64,000 bases of DNA, taken from NCBI GenBank assembly GCA_963705305.1, contig OY970067.1, forward strand, positions 608,001-672,000. The letters are read 5' to 3'. The DNA is from an uncultured Methylomirabilota bacterium. Lineage in GTDB: Bacteria > Methylomirabilota > Methylomirabilia > Methylomirabilales > 2-02-FULL-66-22. Below the pieces are notes generated by a model, which was not told the DNA's origin, searched no databases, and saw nothing but the letters and a program-made list of their open reading frames with translations. Below, in pieces: positions 58,201 through 64,000 of this stretch. Within the stretch, counting starts at the first letter, position 1, and every line of letters starts with the position of its first letter. Both the position numbers and the translations under genes were made by a program.

Positions 58201-58732
58201 GGCGGAGCTGGGGCGGAAAGCAGTCCAGCATGCCGCCGCGGACGGCGAACTCTCCCGGATCCGTCACCTGGGCCACGGCGCGATACCCGCCGGAGGCCAG
58301 CGTGCGCAGGAGGTCGTCGCGGGCGATGATCCGCCGGGGATACAGCGAGATGACGGCCGCCTCTAACACTGCCGGAGGGATCGTGCGGGGAAGCGCCGCC
58401 GCCACGGAGGCGACCAGAACGACGGCCTGGCCGTTCCGGAAACGTGAAAGCGCCGCCACCCGCCCCGCCCGCGCCTCGAGGTCGGCCTCGCGCTCGGGCA
58501 GGAGGGCCACCTCGCTCCCCAGGAAGAAGGTCAGGTCCCCGGCCAGGGCCGTCGCAACCTCGTCGGTCCGGCAGACGACCAGGATCGGCCGCCGCGTCCC
58601 GCTGCGGCATGCGGCCAGGGCCAGGGCCCGCGCCGGTCCGTGCAGCCCGGACAGCCGGACCGTGGCGGGGGCCGTGAGGTCCTCGAAGAGCTCGCCCAGC
58701 GCACACTCGCGCCAGAGAAATTCTGCCAGCAT
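55283..58732 (-). CDS. mfd: Transcription-repair coupling factor
   Basis: GEFAVRGG, VVHVDHGI (RID/CarD), CGDVGYGKTEVA, DEEQRFGV, TATPIPRTL, QLRGRVGR, DLEIRGAGNLLG. Confidence 0.97.
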   Translation of the reverse strand: MLAEFLWRECALGELFEDLTAPATVRLSGLHGPARALALAACRSGTRRPILVVCRTDEVATALAGDLTFFLGSEVALLPEREADLEARAGRVAALSRFRNGQAVVLVASVAAALPRTIPPAVLEAAVISLYPRRIIARDDLLRTLASGGYRAVAQVTDPGEFAVRGGMLDCFPPQLRQPARVEFFGDEVQSLRSFDPETQRSLHPVSLVTLLPLQEVIMTEAAAARAEQRLQQVARRQGVRIPPALLEALEVRRPIPEWDAFLPDFQPETATLHAYLPAEAILAWDEPLALADRAAAVLREVEDEVTREPDLAALFPPLEERWSTWEEFRRGAEAWPGIVLDPFPSPPGAGGATPSSSGPPARSIPAGSVDNYHGRVGAFLEDLDGWRTRGERITLVARSEAQGRRLQEILRDHDLGARLGRELPEPGGIALWTGELSGGFRLEVPALRLVTEGEIFGARALPRRRARPKEALPFTSFEDLRAGDYVVHVDHGIARYLGLRQLTAGGSEGDFLHLQYAGSDTLYVPVSKLHLVQRYVGGDAAAGPPLDRLGGTTWARAKERVRASVREMAGELLRLYATREILAGHAFAPDAPYQKEFEAAFPYEETPDQLCAIADVKRDMERARPMDRLVCGDVGYGKTEVALRAAFKTVMDGKQVAVLVPTTVLAMQHHQTFSARFSSFPVQVEMLSRFRPPAERQRVLRALADGTLDIVIGTHRLLQKDVQFQRLGLLVVDEEQRFGVAAKETLKQLKREVDVLTLTATPIPRTLHMTMLGVRDISTIETPPEERLAIRTYVTPYDPEVIAEAIRQELRRGGQVFFVHNRVESIHAAARRLKQLVPEGRFAVAHGQESDAALEKVMVDFYLKRVDVLICTTIIESGLDVPSANTIIIDRADTLGLAQLYQLRGRVGRDRYRAYAYLLIPAEGGMTEVARKRLQVLAELTELGSGFKIAARDLEIRGAGNLLGAEQSGHIAAVGFDLYMQLIQETVRELKGEVQEPAIDPTIRLQAEGYLPEAYVADPALRLNLYKRLAAITDADRLRDYAEELADRFGPLPPEVQWLLRVVELKIQARALRIREVDARRGAVRVVFGPQPPVAGETILSLLREERGRLRYIPEDTLEYRAGGSSPDALLAAAKKLLQRLTMGVTVS

Positions 58733-58789
58733 CTAGACAACCGGGAGATATGGAGCCATGCGAGTCTCGGAGGAGTGCAACGAGCGCGG

Positions 58790-59293
58790 TCAGCGGCGGG
58801 GCGCTGCAGCCGTCGCGATGCGACGGATCAGCGCCGAGGTGGAGGCCCCGCCGAGGTAGCGGAGGCTCCGCACCTGCCCCCCGGCGGCCTGGACGAAGTC
58901 GGCACCGACGATCTGATCCACCGGCCAGTCCCCGCCCTTCACCAGCACGTCCGGCCGCACGGCCCGGATCACGCGCGCCGGATCCAGCTCGTCGAAGATC
59001 AGGACGAGATCCACGGCCCCCAAGGCCGCCAGTACCTCGGCCCGCCGCGCGGCGGGAACCACGGGACGCCCCCGCCCCTTGAGCCGCCGCACGGAGGCGT
59101 CGCTGTTGACGGCCACCACCAACAGGTCGCCCAGGGTCCGGGCACGCTCCAGGTAGCGGGTATGCCCCACATGCAGGAGGTCGAAGCAGCCGTTGGTGAA
59201 GACAACCCGCCGGCCCGCCGCCTGGGCCTGGCGCACAACTCGGACGACACCGGCCAGGGATTTGACCTTTGTTCTGGCCGGTCCGCTGCGCAT
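58790..59293 (-). CDS. rfaE2: D-glycero-beta-D-manno-heptose 1-phosphate adenylyltransferase
   Basis: FTNGCFDLLHVGH, NSDASVRRLKG..RP, PDVLVKGGDW, STS. Confidence 0.93.
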   Translation of the reverse strand: MRSGPARTKVKSLAGVVRVVRQAQAAGRRVVFTNGCFDLLHVGHTRYLERARTLGDLLVVAVNSDASVRRLKGRGRPVVPAARRAEVLAALGAVDLVLIFDELDPARVIRAVRPDVLVKGGDWPVDQIVGADFVQAAGGQVRSLRYLGGASTSALIRRIATAAAPRR

Positions 59294-59391
59294 CCGACCC
59301 GGCGCTCCGGCCTCACGGGCCGACGGCCCGCGCGCGACACGCGACGGTTCTCGTTCGCGCCGTGACGTTCGATCTCCCCGGGAGGCGGTCC

Positions 59392-60351
59392 TCACCCCTC
59401 CCACCCCTCGACCAACGCCGCGGCCAGCAACGGAATCATCAGCTCGTGATGGCCCGTGAGCGCGTACCCGCGCCCGCCCCGGGCGACCGGCCGTCGCACC
59501 ACGTTCTGGGTGGGGCGGTAGTGCTGGATGAAGTCCAGGTTGAGCGTGACGAAATCCTCCACCCGGTGGCCCAGATTCCGAGCCAGGGTCAGCGCTTTCA
59601 GAAAGATCTCGGGCAGGAGCACCGCCGACCCGACGTTCAGGTACACCCCGCCACCCTCCAGATCCGAGACCACCGCCGCCAGGAGCCGGAAGTCCCGCTC
59701 GGTGGCCGCCCCCACCCGGGCCCCGTCGCAGCTCGGGTGCATGTGGACGATGTCGGTCCCCAAGGCTACGTGGACCGTGCAGGGAAGGTCCAGCTGCGCA
59801 CAGGTGGCAACGATGCTGTGGGAGAGGTGGGGGGGGCGCATGGCGAGGAGTCGCTCCCCCAGGGCCCGCCCGAATCCCAGTTGGCGGGTCGCCCCGTCCG
59901 CCGCCGCCTCGTTCAGGATTCGCCCGGTCTCCTCGGCCATCCCGAACTCTCCGCCGGCCAGCTGGGCTTCCACGTCTTCCGAGGTCATCCCGGCGAACGC
60001 CAGCTCGAAATCATGAACCGCGCCGGCGCCGTTGAGCGCCACCGCGGTGACGACGCCTCGCTTCAGGAGATCCGCGAGGATGGGCGAAAGTCCCACTTTG
60101 ATGACGTGCGCCCCCATAGCCAGGATCACGGGCTTGCCCCGACGCCGCGCCGCGAGGATTGCCTCCACCACCTCGCGGAAGCTCTGCACCCCCAGGTGGT
60201 TGGGCAGGGACTCGAGGTAACTCTTGAAGCTCCCGCCCGCCCGCCAGGGAATGCCCGCATCCTCTATACGCACCTTGCTTGGGCGCGAGGCGAGGGGATA
60301 CGTTCTCACCCCCGCGGGGTCGAGGGGCGCATACTTCCGCGGCGTGTCCAC
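59392..60351 (-). CDS. Conserved hypothetical protein with a deoxyhypusine-synthase-like fold
   Basis: MGAHVIKVGL, NGAGAVHDFE, FGMAEETG, GTDIVH, NVGSAVLLPEIFLKA, GHHE; the fold assignment is from memory. Confidence 0.7.
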   Translation of the reverse strand: MDTPRKYAPLDPAGVRTYPLASRPSKVRIEDAGIPWRAGGSFKSYLESLPNHLGVQSFREVVEAILAARRRGKPVILAMGAHVIKVGLSPILADLLKRGVVTAVALNGAGAVHDFELAFAGMTSEDVEAQLAGGEFGMAEETGRILNEAAADGATRQLGFGRALGERLLAMRPPHLSHSIVATCAQLDLPCTVHVALGTDIVHMHPSCDGARVGAATERDFRLLAAVVSDLEGGGVYLNVGSAVLLPEIFLKALTLARNLGHRVEDFVTLNLDFIQHYRPTQNVVRRPVARGGRGYALTGHHELMIPLLAAALVEGWEG

Positions 60352-60398
60352 CCTGGCCTTTCTCCTCTCGGGCCGTGTTTCTCGGCGCCGCGCTGACG

Positions 60399-60959
60399 TT
60401 AAGGGGTCTTCCGGCGCAGCCGCTCCAGCCGCTCTCCGAGTACGCGCAGCCGGATCTCCAGGGCCAGCTCTTCTTCCAGGCGGACCCTGGAGGCGCACAT
60501 CGCTTCACCCGCCGGTCCTCCCGCCCAGAACAAAAAGTTGGAGACGCGCTGGGTTTGAAACATCGCCTGGACCTGCAGGGCAACCTCGTCGGCCTTCAGG
60601 GGCGACAGTTGAATGTGGACCCGAACATCCTTTCCCCGGTACGCCAATCCGAGCCTGGGCTTCCCGCAGTCACTGTACCGATCCTCTGACCGCGTCACAA
60701 AGACGGTCGCAGCATAGGCGGGGTTCATGGGCCGCCACTCGGTCTCAATCGTTCCGGCGGCGCAATCGGCCGACAGAATCCGATAGCCACGCTCCGTCAG
60801 CGTTCGGACGGCCATCGCCCAGACCTGGTCGAATTCCCCCTCCACCGGCCGGGGAGGAGAAGGCTGATAGGTCTGCCTGGGGAGAGTCCCGCAGCCGGTG
60901 ACAAGTCCCGCCCAGAGACCCAGTCCCACCACGACGCCTGTCTTCCATCCTCCGCTCAT
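60399..60959 (-). CDS. Hypothetical lipoprotein (possibly BamC-like fold)
   Basis: Lipobox VTGC; DQVWAMAVRTL...GY.I..AD...GTIETEW. Confidence 0.65.
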   Translation of the reverse strand: MSGGWKTGVVVGLGLWAGLVTGCGTLPRQTYQPSPPRPVEGEFDQVWAMAVRTLTERGYRILSADCAAGTIETEWRPMNPAYAATVFVTRSEDRYSDCGKPRLGLAYRGKDVRVHIQLSPLKADEVALQVQAMFQTQRVSNFLFWAGGPAGEAMCASRVRLEEELALEIRLRVLGERLERLRRKTP

Positions 60960-61124
60960 GTCGCCTTTCGGGAATGGACCGGAAGAGACAGTCCGGTGGA
61001 GGGTTGAATGTACCACAGGGACTTGGAGCAGTCAAAAGCACGCCGCCCGGTCGGCACGCGCATCGGGACCCAGGATTTCGCGCTCCGGCGCCCTAGGCCG
61101 GTCTTCATCTTTGACACTTGCAAG

Positions 61125-61472
61125 CGCAGGATTTTTTGACCTGTCGGTGCTCAGTGAAAATGTCCACCCCGGGCCTAGCGCCACACCGTTGGGCGCGCCT
61201 GGCCCGGTATAGGATGGTGGTGCCGTCAGGAGCTTCGGAGTGCCCGCGCCCTCGATGGAGGCGGTCGAGAGGCGTCGGCCTGGTCCCGAGTGCCGAGTGA
61301 GCCATTCCTCGTTACGTGCCACAGAGCCAGTGGTCCCTTGCCCCTGAAGGGACAGAATCACTGAGCAGTTAGGGGAGGACAAATTCACTGAGCATCTACA
61401 CGCAGGATTTTTTGACCTTGACGGGGAAGGGTAATTAGAATATGCTAGTTTTCAAAATCATCAGGTCAAAAA
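61125..61472. promoter_or_regulatory. Divergent promoter region with two families of repeated boxes
   Basis: CGCAGGATTTTTTGACCT identical at 61125-61142 and 61401-61418; GGACA-N3-TCACTGAGCA at 61350 and 61377 and inverted at 61147-61165; TTGACG-N17-TATGCT at 61418-61446. Confidence 0.7.
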
Positions 61473-61643
61473 TATGGTGATCGTCTGCCACTACATCCGG
61501 GGCCAAGAAGGCCCCGTGCCGAAGTTCTTCCGCTTCTCATCCCCCAGTGCAGCCTATCAACCTGGATCCGGCACCTTCCCACGGGCATCTGACCGCGTTC
61601 ATAGGGCGCGGACCGGACCATACTGTCCGGAAGGAGGTCAAAG

Positions 61644-61889
61644 ATGAGCGACACGGAAGCACAGCTCTTCACTCGGCTCAAGGAGCAGAACTCAGAGTTC
61701 CGCCGCTTGGCCGAGAAGCACCGTGAGTTCGACATCAAGATCAGCGAGTACGACCGCATCTATTACCTCACCAGCGAACAGGAACGAAAGCGCAAGGAAC
61801 TCCAAAAGCTCAAATTGAAGATCAAAGACGAGATGTACGCCATCATGCGACAGTATCAGAATGACCCGCACCAGGCTGTCACATCTTGA
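61644..61889 (+). CDS. DUF465 / YdcH family small coiled-coil protein
   Basis: EFRRLAEKHREFD..I...ELQKLKLKIKDEM; RBS GGAGG. Confidence 0.85.
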   Translation: MSDTEAQLFTRLKEQNSEFRRLAEKHREFDIKISEYDRIYYLTSEQERKRKELQKLKLKIKDEMYAIMRQYQNDPHQAVTS

Positions 61890-62370
61890 CGACCGTGGCC
61901 GGGCCCGCATGGTGGACGTGGGGGCCAAACAGGAAACGGCACGTGAGGCCGTTGCCCGCGGGTTCGTCAGCTTGCACCCAAACACGCTCGAATTAATCCA
62001 AGACCGCTCCATCCCCAAAGGCGATGTGTATGCGACGGCGCGGTTGGCCGGCATCCTGGCTGCCAAGCGCGTCCACGAACTCATTCCGCTGTGTCATTCC
62101 CTCCTCATTACCGCCGCCGAGGTGGACTTTCGCCCGACCCGACGCCCTTCGGGCATCCAGATTGAATCTCGCGTCAGGACGACCGGCCGGACCGGGGCCG
62201 AGATGGAGGCTCTCACGGCGGCTTCCGTCGCCGCCCTGACGATTTATGATATGTGCAAGGGTGTGGACAAGGAGATGGTCATCGGGAAGATTCGTCTGGT
62301 GTTCAAGGCGGGCGGACGAAGCGGGACCTACCGGCGGAGGGGCGAGGCGCCCCCGATGACGGAGGAATGA
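61861..62370 (+). CDS. moaC: Cyclic pyranopterin monophosphate synthase
   Basis: LSHLD..G.ARMVDV, KGDV, ARLAGILAAK, LIPLCH, TG.EMEAL, YDMCK, K.GGRSG. Confidence 0.96.
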   Translation: MTRTRLSHLDDRGRARMVDVGAKQETAREAVARGFVSLHPNTLELIQDRSIPKGDVYATARLAGILAAKRVHELIPLCHSLLITAAEVDFRPTRRPSGIQIESRVRTTGRTGAEMEALTAASVAALTIYDMCKGVDKEMVIGKIRLVFKAGGRSGTYRRRGEAPPMTEE

Positions 62371-62419
62371 GACGGACCCGGCTCGTCCCAGCGCTCGCCC
62401 TGCAATCCGTTGACCCTGC

Positions 62420-63559
62420 ATGAGCGACACTCCGGACATTGCCTTTGTGTACTCCGAGCGGTACGCGGCGTTCGACTACGGGCCGGAGCATCCCTTTCGC
62501 ACCGAGCGCCTCGCACTTACTGCCGACCTCTGTCGCGCCTACGGCCTCTTCAACCTCCCCCATGCCCGCCTCCTGCAGCCTCGCGAGGCCACCCAGGACG
62601 AGATCCTGGCGTTCCATCAGCCGGAATATCTGGCCGCCCTGCGGACGGCGGAAGACGATCCCGGGGCGCCCGGGCTTCGGCGGTACGGGCTGGGGACCGG
62701 GGACAATCCCATCTTTCCCGGCGTCTACGCGTGGTCCCTCCTCAGCACCGGCGGGTCGCTCACGGCCATGGAAGAGGTCGATTCCGGGGCCGTCCGCTGC
62801 GCCTTCAACATCGCCGGCGGCCTGCACCATGCGGCGCCCTGCCGGGCGTCCGGCTTCTGCTACCTCGACGATGCGGCCATCGTCATCGCGCTGCTGCGCC
62901 GCCGGGGGCGACGGGTGGCCTACGTGGATATCGACGCGCACCACGGCGACGGGGTCCAGTTCGGCTTTTACGATACGGACCAGGTGCTGACCATTTCCAT
63001 CCACGAGACGGGGCAAACGCTGTTTCCCGGAACGGGCAATGTCGAGGAAATCGGCCGGGGCGCCGGACGCGGGTTTTCCGCTAACGTACCGCTTCTGCCC
63101 GGGAGCGACGACGAGATCTTCCTGTGGGCTTTCGACCAGGTGGTTCCGCCTCTCCTGGGGGCCTTTCGGCCGGACCTGGTGGTGACACAGCTCGGCGTCG
63201 ATACGCATCGAGCTGACCCGCTGACGCACCTGGCGTTGACGGTGCAGGGTTTTGGTGAGGCGGTGCGCCGCCTGAAAGCGCACGCCGGCAGGTGGATCGC
63301 CCTGGGAGGGGGCGGGTATAACCTGGACGCCGTCCCGCGGGCATGGACCTTGGCGTGGGCCATCATGAATGGCGTGGAGATTCCCGACCAACTGCCCGAC
63401 GACTTCCGAATCCCCTTTCACCAGCGAGGGTATCGGGCCTCGCGCATCCGGGACGAAGATGCTGGACCGGAGCCGCAGAATCGAGCGCGGGCGTGGGTGT
63501 TCGCACAGGAGCAGGTCGGGCGCCTACAACACGCAATTTTCCCGCATCATGGCCTGTAA
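62420..63559 (+). CDS. acuC: Acetoin utilization protein AcuC / histone deacetylase family
   Basis: HPF, GDNPIF, GGLHHA, SGFCY.DD, DIDAHHGDGVQ, SIHE, FPGTG, LGGGGY. Confidence 0.92.
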   Translation: MSDTPDIAFVYSERYAAFDYGPEHPFRTERLALTADLCRAYGLFNLPHARLLQPREATQDEILAFHQPEYLAALRTAEDDPGAPGLRRYGLGTGDNPIFPGVYAWSLLSTGGSLTAMEEVDSGAVRCAFNIAGGLHHAAPCRASGFCYLDDAAIVIALLRRRGRRVAYVDIDAHHGDGVQFGFYDTDQVLTISIHETGQTLFPGTGNVEEIGRGAGRGFSANVPLLPGSDDEIFLWAFDQVVPPLLGAFRPDLVVTQLGVDTHRADPLTHLALTVQGFGEAVRRLKAHAGRWIALGGGGYNLDAVPRAWTLAWAIMNGVEIPDQLPDDFRIPFHQRGYRASRIRDEDAGPEPQNRARAWVFAQEQVGRLQHAIFPHHGL

Positions 63560-63672
63560 CGGTGCAGTGACCTACAGGAGACAGGAGGGCATCCCGGCAC
63601 ACCATCGAGCAGTGTTCCATTGGCCAGAGGGGGCAACGCACGGGGAGCATCATCACCTGAGGAGGACCTTTC

Positions 63673-63993
63673 ATGCCGTTCCAAGACAAGACCCTGACCT
63701 GCGTGGATTGTGGCCAGACTTTCGTCTTTACCGCCGGCGAGCAGGAATTCTTCGCTCAGAAGGGATTCCAGAACGCCCCCAAGCGATGCAAGAGCTGCAA
63801 GGCGGTCAAACGAGCGGGGGACCGGACCGGTGGCGGCTCCCCGGGGGAGGGGGCGGGATCGCGGGAGCTGTATGAGGTGGTCTGTTCCTCCTGCGGCCAG
63901 AAGACGACGGTCCCGTTCCGCCCCACCTCGGACCGTCCGGTGTACTGCCGCACCTGCTTCCAGTTGCGGCGCGGAACCGGCATGCGCGAGTAG
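63673..63993 (+). CDS. Zinc-ribbon / CxxC-x17-CxxC domain protein
   Basis: DKTLTCVDCG..FVFTAGEQEFF..KGF...PKRCKSC and CSSCG...VPFRP...RPVYCRTCF. Confidence 0.9.
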   Translation: MPFQDKTLTCVDCGQTFVFTAGEQEFFAQKGFQNAPKRCKSCKAVKRAGDRTGGGSPGEGAGSRELYEVVCSSCGQKTTVPFRPTSDRPVYCRTCFQLRRGTGMRE

Positions 63994-64000
63994 CGCGCGC

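Noticed and set aside
55313..58366. 1017-aa plus-strand ORF, and many other long antisense or alternate-frame ORFs (e.g. 40116-42038, 52615-54483, 22451-23947)
   Set aside because: Shadow ORFs opposite clearly recognisable genes; expected from high-GC codon bias; no motifs of their own

Overview
High-GC bacterial chromosomal window with no rRNA, tRNA, CRISPR array or intact transposase that I can see. Gene content, left to right: (1) an oxalate-use locus, with the end of an oxalate-oxidoreductase-like alpha/beta pair followed by two tandem OxlT-type transporters. Each oxlT is preceded by its own sigma70 promoter and an uncharacterised ~127-128 aa membrane-anchored leader ORF ending L-x-R-x2-L-x2-E-x9-DPA-stop. 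This looks like a new ribosome-arrest/monitoring peptide family and is the top finding. (2) About 45 kb of mostly minus-strand catabolic operons for sugar acids and small organic acids: TRAP transporters, SDRs, Gfo/Idh/MocA oxidoreductases, IolB, CoA-transferase, gnd with an SDR and a LarA-family protein, a RuBisCO-like protein, NagA, E1 alpha/beta and PdxA. (3) Two Cache-HAMP membrane sensors lacking a kinase or cyclase output. (4) A core block: SurA/PrsA PPIases, mfd, rfaE2, moaC and acuC. Inside the catabolic operons, degenerate 7-nt tandem arrays occur as inverted pairs. They either form empty hairpins or bracket a whole gene (a four-helix-bundle protein, a GreA/B-like protein, an SDR), and they sit just downstream of four of the five SDR genes. 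A 147-bp MITE-like element is also present. Seven genes carry frameshifts or in-frame stops, and some of these may be assembly errors. All product calls come from motif recognition by eye; no database searches were run.
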